A stretch of DNA of 64,000 bases from Spirochaetota bacterium (GCA_022704665.1 JAKJFY010000001.1:1686-65685), one strand, 5' to 3'; counted from the stretch's first letter, positions 48,401 through 58,134 are shown. The notes: generated from the letters alone by a model not told the origin. Program-made: numbers and translations.

Positions 48401-48866
48401 TTCTGGCATTGAGAAGGAGGAAGAAGAGCCCTATCTCGAACTCGAGTATTCTGGCTTTATACCAGACAGCTATATCTCAGCTCCAATGATCAAAATGGAA
48501 ATATATAAGCGTATCGCCTCTGTTAGAACACAGGAGGAGATAGATTCTCTCCACGAGGAACTTGAAGAACGCTTTGGTCTGCTTCCGGACGAGGCACTCT
48601 CTCTGCTTTCGCTTGCGGAAATGAGAGTGCTATGCAGAAGACTCTCAATAGGGAGGCTGCAGGAGCGGGCAGGAATCGTTACCGTAGAGTTTTCAAAGGT
48701 CTCGAAGATTTCTGTTGAGAAGATTCTGAGACTTATACGAGAGTCTGCAGGCACAATCCGCCTATCGCCAGAGAAACCAAATGCTATTCAGATTCAGACA
48801 AGAGCAATTGGCCTAAAGGAGAAAAGTGCCTATCTCAGGGAGCGTCTATCCCTCCTAGCAAGTTGA
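45456..48866 (+). CDS. mfd: Transcription-repair coupling factor
   Basis: UvrB-homology, CarD/TRCF domain, GDVGFGKT, DEEQRFG, QLKGRVGR, TRG motif. Confidence 0.97.
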   Translation: MTQHTMKKDNLQALFEKISRNPALGRIQRLVEQNSFPLHIQNSENSLLALSLASLVRRTKRKCLVVLPSDHETEEFSQDLALTGIDLLTFPLWFGAPYRALPPRSRMFTERASALARLAEGDFEIATVSARTLAIPVPPSEYIRNHILPLKVGADFEPTVISSKLAELGYLRVPSVSLPGEYAVRGEVLDIYMPGYEYAVRIHFEYDRIERIVRFDPETQTGREKITQINVRPLKELLWGKAEIDQLQKNTSEFVRNDPRISQIIEILGSGKEMLGEELWFPLAFDRINKLMDYLDNRAMLVLVASERIDAISETLRKEYASMYRIALREMLVPPPHKIRINLDGLSATSSSVLFCHALKGIDGSTERISLEAEPPHSYFGNIKLFKEELSGFEKENYETWIIASTEPQAERINSLIQDDSIIISTGPISAGFTLPSLKLRVLAEHELFGRRKHVPRSIAKTKSAVIESFIELTPGDYVVHTNYGIGKFVGIERLIVLGLERDYICIEYAGDEKIFVPIEQANLVQRYIGNEGEAPHLDSVGSKVWENRKKRVSKSVEELAERLIRIYARRKAAQGFAFPCDNEWQIQFEATFPYEETEDQLKCIEEVKRDMENPKPMDRLVCGDVGFGKTEIAMRACFKAITAGKQVAFLAPTTILAEQHFENLLERIGDFPIKVALLSRLVDRKTQNAIIKGLADGSIDMVIGTHRILQKDVRFKDLGLLVVDEEQRFGVKDKERLKEMKVGIDCLTLTATPIPRTLHMSLLKIRDMSVLQTPPLERQPIQTFVEEFSPELVARAIRNEIARGGQIFYLHNRIETLPEVEYFIRQLVPEALVESAHGKLDGQDLESIMHRFIHGAFHVLVSTTIIENGIDIPNVNTIIIDRSDSYGISQLYQLKGRVGRSDRQAYAYLLYPDKRALSEIAMKRLQIISDFTELGSGFKIAMKDLEVRGAGNLLGREQSGNIYAVGFDLYLKLLDDAVSRLSGIEKEEEEPYLELEYSGFIPDSYISAPMIKMEIYKRIASVRTQEEIDSLHEELEERFGLLPDEALSLLSLAEMRVLCRRLSIGRLQERAGIVTVEFSKVSKISVEKILRLIRESAGTIRLSPEKPNAIQIQTRAIGLKEKSAYLRERLSLLAS

Positions 48867-49648
48867 AGCTGTTTCTTGCCAAGCTTCATGGGTAGGCCAA
48901 AGCAGAACACGGCTGGCTTTTCTGGCAGGATTAAGGCTTCCTTCCGCCAAGAAGCAACGGATTTCGACCTTATTAGGGGCTGATCGGTTCCAAGATCGCA
49001 TGCGACGCAGAAATAGATATTCTCAGGTAGCGCTTCAATACAAGCTCTTAATGTTCTTGAATTACGGTATGGAGTCTCGATTAAGATTCTTGCTGCTCCA
49101 TCGCGCATAGCCGCTTGGCCTTCATGAGCCAGCTCTTTTTGAAGCTCTTCGCCTCGGATTGGCATGTAACCAAGAAAAAAGAAGCGTTGACCGTTGAGAC
49201 CAGAAGCAGCAAGCGCTAGCAGCAAAGAGCTATCGCCTCCAATTGGGACTACTGGCAGCTGTTCCTCATGTGCTAGAGACACAAGCGCAGCACCCGGGTC
49301 AGCTATGCAAGGAAGCCCTGCCTCGGAAAGGATGGCACAGTCATAGCCGCTTTTCAGTGCATTAAGGGGAGCTTTAAGATCCTGAGCTTCCGAGTGTTCG
49401 TTGAGAATAAAAAAATGAACTCTAGAGAATTGCTCTGGCGAAAGCAATCTAGAAAGCAGTCGATTGGCTGTTTTCTGTGATTCTACCACAAAATATGAAA
49501 CATTTCTCATTAAAGCAATAACATTGGGAGCTATCATATTCATGAGCTGGCAAGGCATCCAATTTTCAGGTGAATAGGGCCATAAAGGGGATGGTATAAG
49601 ATAAAGGGTACCGCTGCTTTTTTCGGTCTCTGACATGGTATCTCTCAT
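48830..49648 (-). CDS. RsmI-like tetrapyrrole-methylase family SAM methyltransferase
   Basis: LYLIPSPL, SEAGLPCIADPG, ASGLNGQRF.FLGY, IETPYRN. Confidence 0.88.
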   Translation of the reverse strand: MRDTMSETEKSSGTLYLIPSPLWPYSPENWMPCQLMNMIAPNVIALMRNVSYFVVESQKTANRLLSRLLSPEQFSRVHFFILNEHSEAQDLKAPLNALKSGYDCAILSEAGLPCIADPGAALVSLAHEEQLPVVPIGGDSSLLLALAASGLNGQRFFFLGYMPIRGEELQKELAHEGQAAMRDGAARILIETPYRNSRTLRACIEALPENIYFCVACDLGTDQPLIRSKSVASWRKEALILPEKPAVFCFGLPMKLGKKQLQLARRDRRSLR

Positions 49649-49659
49649 TTAACTTTAAA

Positions 49660-50496
49660 CTATAATACATTTGATCGCTGCAAGTTTTCGAGTGCTTGCG
49701 ATATTAGTGGAACAAAAAGCTCTGTATTCCAAAAGTTAGTACAATGAAGACTTTCACTATACATTCTAAGGACAGACTGAAAAACGCGGTCTGTCAAGGG
49801 ATAAGGCGAAGAGACAATTCTCTGCTCGGCATCATAATCTCGGTATGCACGCTGTCCAGCTATAACTAACTTAAAGTTAGAAATCAAGTTTCGTTCAACT
49901 GTACAGACGGAAATTAAGTATGCGCCATCTCCATCTGGGAAAATCCCTCCTCCAGTCCTCCTAATAAAAAGGTGATCGATAGATTGAAGCGGGATTCGAA
50001 TTCTTGTAAGCACTCTTCTAGGTTCCAAAGATGGCAAGCCCTCTTCATTCGTCAGGTACCAAATATTCTTGATGCTTGTTCCTGAGGGCCCTTTGAACTC
50101 CAGTTCCGTATCTAGGCATGCCAATAGGGGCCATAGAGCAAGGAATCTCTTTTGATACATAAGATGCCCCCCTATAGTTGCAATGTTGCGCACTGCGGAG
50201 TTTGCAGTGGCTCGCAGAACTTCTCTGGCAGGGTTCTTTTCGAAGGGATATACGGATTTGAGCTCGTTTAGAGGGCATGTGGCCCCGAAAGATATCATCC
50301 GCTCAGTCTTATGGATGGTTTTTAATTCAGGAATATTTCTGATGCAGGCGATGGAAGGCTCGAAAGATAGGTAGCGTGGGTCTTGGATATATCCGAAGCT
50401 TGTTGCGCCAGCTACTATCTGTATATTCTTTTGTCGCTCCATTATGACTATGAGTTCTTGAACACTATGTGGGTAGTATATTTCGCTAAGGTTCAT
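49660..50496 (-). CDS. Xanthine dehydrogenase/CoxM-like FAD-binding subunit (divergent)
   Basis: YYPHSVQE, IVAGAT, AVRNIATIGGHL. Confidence 0.8.
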   Translation of the reverse strand: MNLSEIYYPHSVQELIVIMERQKNIQIVAGATSFGYIQDPRYLSFEPSIACIRNIPELKTIHKTERMISFGATCPLNELKSVYPFEKNPAREVLRATANSAVRNIATIGGHLMYQKRFLALWPLLACLDTELEFKGPSGTSIKNIWYLTNEEGLPSLEPRRVLTRIRIPLQSIDHLFIRRTGGGIFPDGDGAYLISVCTVERNLISNFKLVIAGQRAYRDYDAEQRIVSSPYPLTDRVFQSVLRMYSESLHCTNFWNTELFVPLISQALENLQRSNVL

Positions 50497-50975
50497 GGCG
50501 CTTTTCTCGCTATGGCCAATTGTTGTATTAATTTGTAAAGGGTATTAGCAAAGGCTCCAGGATCAATGCATAGGCAATGCAAGCTGGCCAGGATGTCTGA
50601 TATTTCATACAATGAAGGAGTCAAGGATCTATGGACCAACTCCATTGCCACAAGCATCAGCGAATTGTTGCAGTAAGTGCAGGACAATAGATCTTCCTTC
50701 TCGAGCTCTGCAGATAGAAAGCTATATTCCTTGCTCTTCACAAAATTTTCTATTGTTTCTACATGCTGTTCCCGCAGAAGGAATGCAGGCAAAATATTGC
50801 TGCATACAGGTTTGCCATCATATAGAATAAGGCAATTGCTGCATTCGCTATCAGGACTGATCTCAGAGAGACTTTTTATGCCGCATTGATTAATAAGCAC
50901 ATCGAAAGCTCTCTCGACGCTCAATATTGTGATTCTCTGCAAATTGCCATTCAAAGTAAATTCAATGTTCATCAT
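50493..50975 (-). CDS. CoxS/XdhC-like 2Fe-2S subunit (divergent)
   Basis: IEFTLNG, ECSNC, VETIE, SCTYC, HCLC. Confidence 0.75.
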   Translation of the reverse strand: MMNIEFTLNGNLQRITILSVERAFDVLINQCGIKSLSEISPDSECSNCLILYDGKPVCSNILPAFLLREQHVETIENFVKSKEYSFLSAELEKEDLLSCTYCNNSLMLVAMELVHRSLTPSLYEISDILASLHCLCIDPGAFANTLYKLIQQLAIARKAP

Positions 50976-52713
50976 CTTTCTCCAAAAACTCTGTAGAGGA
51001 TATAGCAGTAGGAGTAGGTCTGAGAGGCAATATAAACCTTTCCGAGCTATTCAATTGCTGCATCACCTCGAGAAAGCATGATAGTACAAGAGTATATGCG
51101 AGATCTTCGATAGGGCGCGCAAAATTGGCTTTTTCATCTTTCACAAGTTCTATATTGATTCTGCTTTCGGAAATTATCCATCTATATATATCATTTATAT
51201 CTTTATAAGGATAAAAGCTTCGGGTAATGCATGAAAGGAGAGCCTCGATACTTGCAGAGCGAATTGCGCCTTTTACCCTGGACGGACAGAGGATTTTACC
51301 AGCATAAATCGATATATCTAGCCGAATATTGCCGAAGATGGATCTGAGGCTATCATAATCGACCTCGAGAATTGCAGCTCCTTGCGCCAGATCGCTAATC
51401 ATCGAAATGGAAGACGAGTCGATATTGCTCTGATCAGCGATAGAGAAAGAAATAGCTCGTATTCTAGCCTCTCTTGCGCCACGGGTTCTTTTATGAATTT
51501 GCTCGTATGCTGCGTATTTTCTATAAAAATCCGTATGTTCCAATAATGGTTTTACAATTTTTTCCGTAGAAGATTCCTTTTTGGCAGGCATCTTGTCTAT
51601 AATTGAAGACAAATCTCTTTTGCCTAAGGTCATATACAATAATTCTAGAAACCCTATATCCATTTTTCTTGCAGCACGAGCAATATGTGCCTCGAGCATG
51701 CTAAATATAGCTGATGAAGAAATACAGTCGATAGCTCCCATAGGAATTGTGTTGGTTCTTACCGCAAAGCCGATAATTGTCAAAGGAATGTTAGGTATAG
51801 CATCGGCAACAAGACGCACAGTCTTTTCTAATATAAGCTCATCTAAAACAGAATAGGCTCCAATAGGAATCGCAAAGCGGCATGCAACATTCAGAAGGCT
51901 ATGTTTCTGTGGCGACCACCTTGTTCTCATATGAAGAGATATACCATGTATACAAGGAAGGAATCGTTTTTCTCGTTGAATTGATATAATTAGCTTTACA
52001 GGCCTTTTCAAGGCCCAAGCAGCAACCGCGCTTCTGGCTGCAAGCAAAGAAGGGTACCAGAAATATAATCCAGAATTGTCATACATCTTAGATTGCAGGA
52101 TTTCGATATTCTCAATCGAGGAACCAATTAACTCTGCAACACATGAATGCACAAGCTCAGGCCATAGTGTGGGGCATGCAAGTCTCAGTCTATCATCTTC
52201 CCATTCCGCCAAGGCACCTAAGCCACTATGAAAGCTAAATTCATGGGGCTCTAAACGCAAATAGGAAGCCAATTCAAAACTATCTTCGGCTCCTGAAGCT
52301 TCCCGGGATTCGAAAGATACCATTACATTTTGATTAGAATGATCAATTCGGGCCGATATATCTGAAGATGAAAATATCTGCTGGTCTAATTTGGGTTGTT
52401 GCCCTTTGCAATCAACTATTGTCTTCAATGCAAGATCTTCCGCAAGCAGTGGATCCGGACCAACAATGAGACCGACAGCCTCTCCTATATAGGAAACTGT
52501 TTTGGCGGCTAACAATGGCAGGCTTATACCTTTGATTCTTAGTTCGTTTCTAAATGGCAACTGATCGGCGGTGATAAGAATATAGCCTTCTGGCAAAGGA
52601 GGGACATCGATGTTTTGAATTTGTCCAATATTCGAAAGCGCTCTTATGTTAAAGGCATATAGCATGCCTGGCAACGAGAGTTGTTCAAATGGGATAGACT
52701 CACCTATTGTCAT
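50962..52713 (-). CDS. CoxL/XdhA-like molybdopterin-binding subunit (short, degenerate)
   Basis: LPGMLYA, PLLAAKTVSYIGEAVGLIV, LKRPVKL, VRTNTIP; Moco loops not conserved. Confidence 0.7.
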   Translation of the reverse strand: MTIGESIPFEQLSLPGMLYAFNIRALSNIGQIQNIDVPPLPEGYILITADQLPFRNELRIKGISLPLLAAKTVSYIGEAVGLIVGPDPLLAEDLALKTIVDCKGQQPKLDQQIFSSSDISARIDHSNQNVMVSFESREASGAEDSFELASYLRLEPHEFSFHSGLGALAEWEDDRLRLACPTLWPELVHSCVAELIGSSIENIEILQSKMYDNSGLYFWYPSLLAARSAVAAWALKRPVKLIISIQREKRFLPCIHGISLHMRTRWSPQKHSLLNVACRFAIPIGAYSVLDELILEKTVRLVADAIPNIPLTIIGFAVRTNTIPMGAIDCISSSAIFSMLEAHIARAARKMDIGFLELLYMTLGKRDLSSIIDKMPAKKESSTEKIVKPLLEHTDFYRKYAAYEQIHKRTRGAREARIRAISFSIADQSNIDSSSISMISDLAQGAAILEVDYDSLRSIFGNIRLDISIYAGKILCPSRVKGAIRSASIEALLSCITRSFYPYKDINDIYRWIISESRINIELVKDEKANFARPIEDLAYTLVLSCFLEVMQQLNSSERFILPLRPTPTAISSTEFLEKDDEH

Positions 52714-53254
52714 GATATATGCCTAATGGCGCTGTTTCAGCTGTTTCCGCTTCCATGACTTCAAACGCCAAATCGAGTAGTATTACAGATTCTGCTATAT
52801 CAAGCCTTACTTTTGCGCGGTGTTTTCTTCTGTTGACCTTTATGATAAAGCCTTCAATGCCTTGTAAAGGCCCCTCGATTACCTTTATTTTCTGATTTTC
52901 GTCGAATCTTACAAGCGATGGCGGGATCAAGCTTCCAAAATTGATAAAATGGCGAATAATTTCGCTATCGCGATTATTGAGTGGTTGCGGAGACTCATTG
53001 TTTGGTAGAAATCGTATGAAAAACTGAGAATGTCTTAATCTGTATACCGTTTCTAGTGGCAGAGATTCTCCATCATACTCGAAAAATATATAGCCAGGAA
53101 AAACTGGTGAATTCTCGAGTTTGGTCTTTCCTCGTTTTCTTATGTACATTTTTTTTATTATCTTATGGAATTTTAGATTTGTTACCTGGTGCTGAATTCG
53201 CTCAAGCCATTCGTCTTCCTTGCGTGTTGTCACCTGGATAGCATAAAAACGCAT
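52700..53254 (-). CDS. NusG paralog antiterminator (LoaP/UpxY-like)
   Basis: FYAIQVTTRKE, PVFPGYIF, KOW KVIEGPLQGIEG, KVNRRKHRAKV basic patch. Confidence 0.85.
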   Translation of the reverse strand: MRFYAIQVTTRKEDEWLERIQHQVTNLKFHKIIKKMYIRKRGKTKLENSPVFPGYIFFEYDGESLPLETVYRLRHSQFFIRFLPNNESPQPLNNRDSEIIRHFINFGSLIPPSLVRFDENQKIKVIEGPLQGIEGFIIKVNRRKHRAKVRLDIAESVILLDLAFEVMEAETAETAPLGIYHDNR

Positions 53255-53360
53255 GCCAATAGAATAGCATATCTTGAATATCGAGTCAGTAAGAGACATG
53301 GAATATGATTTTATCTCACTGTAATTTGACAGGCTTTCTTTGGATGGTTAGTATAAGAGC

Positions 53361-55295
53361 ATGCCAGATGATTTGAAAGTCAATGAAGACCCCCAGGTTC
53401 TACAGAAGAGAATCAGAGAACTGGAGTCTCTGATTAAGCATCACCAGGAACTCTACTATAATGGCGAACCCGAGATCTCAGATGAGGAATTCGACGCGCT
53501 ATGGGATGAGCTCGCTTCAATAGATCCAGAGAATCCTCTTATAGCTTCTATAGGAGCAGACAGATCAGATCGATGGCCTAAATATCAGCATAGGATGACA
53601 ATGGGAAGTCTCTCCAAGGCTACAGATCCCGAATCATTTTTAGCTTGGGCGGCCAAAGTCAGGTATCCATTTTACCTTGTACAATACAAGCTCGATGGCG
53701 CTAGCATAGAGCTTCAATATGATGAAGGTGCCTTTGCAAGGGGAGTTACTCGCGGAGATGGGGTGATAGGTGACGATATCACTCCCAATGTAATGCGTAT
53801 GAATGGAGTGCCCAAACAGCTTCTAGAGCCATTTACAGGATCAGTGCGCGGTGAAGTGTTAATGTCAAAAAGAGTGCATGCAACCAAGTATTCAGACAAA
53901 GCCAATTGCCGCAACGCTGCAAATGGTCTCATGAAGCGCAAAGATGGTCAGGGAGTCGAGGATCTCGACATCGTCTGTTATGATGCAGTGGGTAGATTGC
54001 CTGCAGGCGAAGCCTTTTCCACCGAACGCGAAAAGATTACTTGGCTGAAAAGAATGGGCTTCAATGTTGTTCCAACTGTAGAGTGCAAGAGTCCTGAGGA
54101 GATCATTGTATATCGCGCTAAGATCATGGAACTACGGCCTACTCTGGAGTATGACATAGATGGGCTAGTCATAAAGGGTGATCGAATCGATCCCGAGGAT
54201 ATGAACAAGCTGCGTCCAGAACTGCAGATAGCCTTTAAATTCAGCCCAGAAGAAGCTATCACAACACTTTTAGCAGTGGAATGGAGTGAATCTGGAACTA
54301 CTGTGACCCCCATCGGTATAGTTGAACCTGTCCGGCTTGCAGGTACTACTGTTCAGCGAGCCAATCTAGCTAACCCAGGCATGATTCGCTCTATGAACCT
54401 AAAAATCGGCTCGAAGGTTGTAGTAACTAAGCGCGGAGAGATCATTCCTAAGATTGAATCACTAGTTGAAAACCCCAAAGATGCTATTCCGATTTCTATT
54501 CCTTCGAATTGCTCACTATGCGGCGCAGGGCTCGTAGATGAGGATACGCGTCTATATTGTCCGAATCCTGAATGCCCAGGAAAAGCCTATCATCGCCTTG
54601 AGAAATGGCTATCCGTAATTGGTATAAAAGATATAGGATCGACCTTGTTAAGGAGACTTTTCGAAGCTAAGAGAGTGATGCGCATTCCAGATCTATATAC
54701 GCTTACGATGGATGAGCTTATCTCCTTTGAGCGAATGGGGGAGAAGAGCGCTCAAAAAATATTGCGTAATATAAAAGGACGAAATGAAGTCAGTCTTTCT
54801 CAGTTTATTGCAGGCTTTGATATAGAAGGAATCGGTTTGCTTATGGCGGACAAGCTCGTCGAAGCTGGCTATGATACTCTCGATAAGATCCTAGCTGCTT
54901 CACCAGCTGATTTTGAAAAAATTGAAGGTTTTGCAGAGATCACCGCAAAGGCTCTTTACGAAGGGCTGCACCTGGTCGAGAAAGATATGCGCGAGCTCGT
55001 CGATAGAGGATATGTACGAATTAGGCCTCCGCTCCCCAGAATTCAAATGAGTACAAATCCAATTGCCAGCAAAAGCTTTTGTTTCACGGGAGAGTTGAGG
55101 TCGATGAAGCGCTCGGAAGCTGAAAAACTAGTTCGAGAAAAGGGCGGCATAGCCAAATCTAGCGTAACGAAGGATCTCGATTATCTAGTCACGAATGATC
55201 CCAGCTCAGGATCCGAAAAAAACAGGAAGGCTCAAGAGCTCTCGATTAAGATCATCGACGAAGAAGAATTCCTTGAAATGGCCGGCCTTAAATAA
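53361..55295 (+). CDS. ligA: NAD-dependent DNA ligase
   Basis: YKLDG, TRGDG, DGLVIK, zinc finger, HhH, BRCT. Confidence 0.97.
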   Translation: MPDDLKVNEDPQVLQKRIRELESLIKHHQELYYNGEPEISDEEFDALWDELASIDPENPLIASIGADRSDRWPKYQHRMTMGSLSKATDPESFLAWAAKVRYPFYLVQYKLDGASIELQYDEGAFARGVTRGDGVIGDDITPNVMRMNGVPKQLLEPFTGSVRGEVLMSKRVHATKYSDKANCRNAANGLMKRKDGQGVEDLDIVCYDAVGRLPAGEAFSTEREKITWLKRMGFNVVPTVECKSPEEIIVYRAKIMELRPTLEYDIDGLVIKGDRIDPEDMNKLRPELQIAFKFSPEEAITTLLAVEWSESGTTVTPIGIVEPVRLAGTTVQRANLANPGMIRSMNLKIGSKVVVTKRGEIIPKIESLVENPKDAIPISIPSNCSLCGAGLVDEDTRLYCPNPECPGKAYHRLEKWLSVIGIKDIGSTLLRRLFEAKRVMRIPDLYTLTMDELISFERMGEKSAQKILRNIKGRNEVSLSQFIAGFDIEGIGLLMADKLVEAGYDTLDKILAASPADFEKIEGFAEITAKALYEGLHLVEKDMRELVDRGYVRIRPPLPRIQMSTNPIASKSFCFTGELRSMKRSEAEKLVREKGGIAKSSVTKDLDYLVTNDPSSGSEKNRKAQELSIKIIDEEEFLEMAGLK

Positions 55296-55305
55296 TGGAT
55301 CTTAG

Positions 55306-55608
55306 ATGAGAGCACCTTCAGCAAGGCTTCCAGCACATCTCGATTTTCTCAAGCCAGCTCTCCATGAAGAGAAAGAAGGGATAGTGCTCGAAGTCTATGT
55401 AATCCCTCGTGCGCCTTGCGATAGTGTGGAGGAACTCCGCGATGGGCGCTTATTTCTGAGAGTAAAGGCAGTGCCAGAAAAAGGTAGGGCAAACAAGGCT
55501 GTATTGGACCTGATTGCGAATTATTTGGATACAGCGCCCTCAAATCTTCGTATATTGCGAGGCCATAGCTCTAGACGCAAGTCTATCTTATTGCAAAGCT
55601 TCAGATAA
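55306..55608 (+). CDS. DUF167/YggU-family protein
   Basis: VYVIPRA, VKAVPEKGRANKA, GHSSRRK. Confidence 0.88.
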   Translation: MRAPSARLPAHLDFLKPALHEEKEGIVLEVYVIPRAPCDSVEELRDGRLFLRVKAVPEKGRANKAVLDLIANYLDTAPSNLRILRGHSSRRKSILLQSFR

Positions 55609-55630
55609 AATCGCTAAAATGGAGCTCCTC

Positions 55631-57403
55631 ATGGAATATTATGTGGATCAATGGAAATCGATAATTGCGAACCGCTTAAATGAGTTCGCTTTCAAAAAAG
55701 GACTCAAGGATGCCTCTTTTTCCTCTCAGGATATAATTGCTGAGAAGCCACCTAGGCCAGAGTTTGGAGACATAGGTTTTCCAATGTTCTCATATGCAAA
55801 GCAATTTCGAATGCCGCCAGCCAGAATAGCAATAGAGATAGCGAATCTCTGCAATATGACAACTGATACTGAGGAGCCTATATGGCCTGGTACCATAAAA
55901 ACAGCAGGGCCATATTTAAACATATATCTAGACAAGAAATATGTAGCAAGCTACGTCCTTGAAAACGCAGAGAAAGAATCCTGGGGGTCTAGCCCAGTCT
56001 TCAATGGTCGAAGGATTATGATTGAGTTTTCTTGCCCAAATACAAACAAACCTCTTCACCTTGGACACCTTAGGAATAATGTGCTTGGAGAGTCTCTTTC
56101 GAGAATAATGAAAGCAGCAGGGGCAGAAGTCAAAAAGGTCAATCTGATAAACGACCGGGGAATTCATATATGCAAGTCGATGCTTGCATATCTTGCTTAT
56201 GGAGAAGGGCGTACACCAGAAGATGAGGGATTGAAGAGCGATCACTTTGTAGGTAAGTACTACGTCTTATTCAATAGACTAAAAGAAGAAGATCCATTTG
56301 CAGAAGAGAAAGCTCAAGAGCTTTTGCAGAAATGGGAAGCTGGAGACCCAGACGTAATTGCCCTGTGGCAAAAGATGAACAATTGGGCTGTTGAAGGTAT
56401 CATGGCTACCTATAGACGCCAGAAGGTTAGTTTCGATGAATTCCATTTCGAACATGAGACCTATAAGCTAGGCAAAGAGGAAGTGTTGGAAGGCCTTGCT
56501 CGGGGAATATTCTATCGCGCAGAAGATGGCGCAATTCAGGTGGATCTAGAAGACATCGGTCTAGGGAAAAAAGTGCTCCTCAGAAAAGATGGTACAAGTA
56601 TCTACATCACACAGGATATAGGGACAGCAATTATGCGCTACAACAGATGGCCTTTCCATGAGCTCGTGTATGTTGTGGCCTCTGAGCAGCAGTACCATTT
56701 CAAAGTGCTTTTTGAAGTTCTAAGGAGGCTTGGCTATAATTGGGCAGAGAATCTCTACCATCTTTCATATGGGCTCGTCAATCTGCCTTCTGGCAGGATG
56801 AAAACCAGAGAAGGAACGGTAGTAGATGCTGATGATCTTATCGACGAGCTTACAAGATTGGCGGCAAATGAAATAGCAGATAAGGGAAGAGAGGAAGCAG
56901 TAGGCGATATCAAAGATGTTGCAGAGCAGGTAGCTCTTGGAGCATTACATTATTTTCTTCTGCAAGTTTCGCCGGCTAAAGACATGCTTTACAATCCCGA
57001 GCAATCTATCTGTTTCGCTGGAGATACAGGGCCGTACATTCAATATATGGGAGCTCGAGCTAGTTCTATTCTCCGAAAACACAAGAATGGTGAGGGTAAT
57101 GCAGATCAAGGGAAGATCGATGTTTCTCTTATAGTATCAGAATCAGATTGGCCTCTTATGAGGCTATTGATGGAATTTCCATATACTATCGAACAATCAG
57201 CAAAAAACAAAGATCCTTCCATTCTCGCTGCATATACCCATCAGCTTGCGAGTGAGTTTTCCGTCTGGTATAGAGACAATCCAGTACTCAATAACGACAA
57301 TCCAGATATCTCAGCCAGCCGCTTAGCGTTTGTGGTCATGATAAGAGAAACACTTCAAAGAGCAAGCAATTTGCTATGCATACCATTTCTCGATTCCATG
57401 TAA
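55631..57403 (+). CDS. argS: Arginine--tRNA ligase
   Basis: PNTNKPLHLGHLRN, RMKTREG, GDTGPYIQY, DALR domain. Confidence 0.96.
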   Translation: MEYYVDQWKSIIANRLNEFAFKKGLKDASFSSQDIIAEKPPRPEFGDIGFPMFSYAKQFRMPPARIAIEIANLCNMTTDTEEPIWPGTIKTAGPYLNIYLDKKYVASYVLENAEKESWGSSPVFNGRRIMIEFSCPNTNKPLHLGHLRNNVLGESLSRIMKAAGAEVKKVNLINDRGIHICKSMLAYLAYGEGRTPEDEGLKSDHFVGKYYVLFNRLKEEDPFAEEKAQELLQKWEAGDPDVIALWQKMNNWAVEGIMATYRRQKVSFDEFHFEHETYKLGKEEVLEGLARGIFYRAEDGAIQVDLEDIGLGKKVLLRKDGTSIYITQDIGTAIMRYNRWPFHELVYVVASEQQYHFKVLFEVLRRLGYNWAENLYHLSYGLVNLPSGRMKTREGTVVDADDLIDELTRLAANEIADKGREEAVGDIKDVAEQVALGALHYFLLQVSPAKDMLYNPEQSICFAGDTGPYIQYMGARASSILRKHKNGEGNADQGKIDVSLIVSESDWPLMRLLMEFPYTIEQSAKNKDPSILAAYTHQLASEFSVWYRDNPVLNNDNPDISASRLAFVVMIRETLQRASNLLCIPFLDSM

Positions 57404-57523
57404 GAAGGCCTGGAGAAGAAGTCGCTTTTTTTGAAGTTCTGGGAGCTGTTGACAAAGTGGGGTTATAAAGTGTATAAATTTCAGCCTGTTATGAGTATTT
57501 GAGCATTGATGAGGATAAGTAAT

Positions 57524-57835
57524 ATGTATGCAATCGTAGAAATCAACGGAAAACAATATCATGCAGAGCAGGGGAAGGATCTTGTAGTAGATCGCTTTGA
57601 TGCAATGCCAGGTCAGTCGATTGTTTTGGAAAAAGTGTTATTGCTTAGTGGAGATGAGACCAGAGTTGGAAATCCATATGTCAATGATGCTGCTGTCAAG
57701 GCTACCGTAAAAGAAGAGATAAAAAGTGATAAGATAATTGTATTTAAGTATAAGCCAAAAAAGGGATATCACAAAACCCGCGGGCATCGTCAGCCTTATA
57801 CTGTGCTCACGGTGGATGAAATTGTAGGCGCCTGA
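57524..57835 (+). CDS. rplU: 50S ribosomal protein L21
   Basis: MYAIVEINGKQY, FKYKPKKGY..TRGHRQPYT. Confidence 0.97.
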   Translation: MYAIVEINGKQYHAEQGKDLVVDRFDAMPGQSIVLEKVLLLSGDETRVGNPYVNDAAVKATVKEEIKSDKIIVFKYKPKKGYHKTRGHRQPYTVLTVDEIVGA

Positions 57836-57864
57836 GGCGTCCATCTTAACTGGAGGAATATACC

Positions 57865-58110
57865 ATGCCACATAAAGGTGTTAATGGCCGAGATTCAAAT
57901 CCACAGTATCTTGGTGTAAAGGCCTATGCAAGCGAGAGGGTAAACGCGGGCTCGATTATTGTACGCCAGAGGGGTTCGAGAATAAATCCAGGCAAGAATG
58001 TTGCTAAGGGTAAGGATGACACACTATTTGCGCTTATCGATGGTACGGTGCGCTTCCGTGAATATAAAGGAAAGAAATTTGTAGATGTGGAGCCAGCCAT
58101 TCAAGCATGA
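57865..58110 (+). CDS. rpmA: 50S ribosomal protein L27
   Basis: [26 protein letters not shown]. Confidence 0.97.
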   Translation: MPHKGVNGRDSNPQYLGVKAYASERVNAGSIIVRQRGSRINPGKNVAKGKDDTLFALIDGTVRFREYKGKKFVDVEPAIQA

Positions 58111-58134
58111 GCACAAAAAGCAGAGTATAATTCT

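Noticed and set aside
48830-48866. 37-nt convergent overlap of mfd and the methyltransferase
   Set aside because: Short tail-to-tail overlaps are common in compact genomes; no further signal
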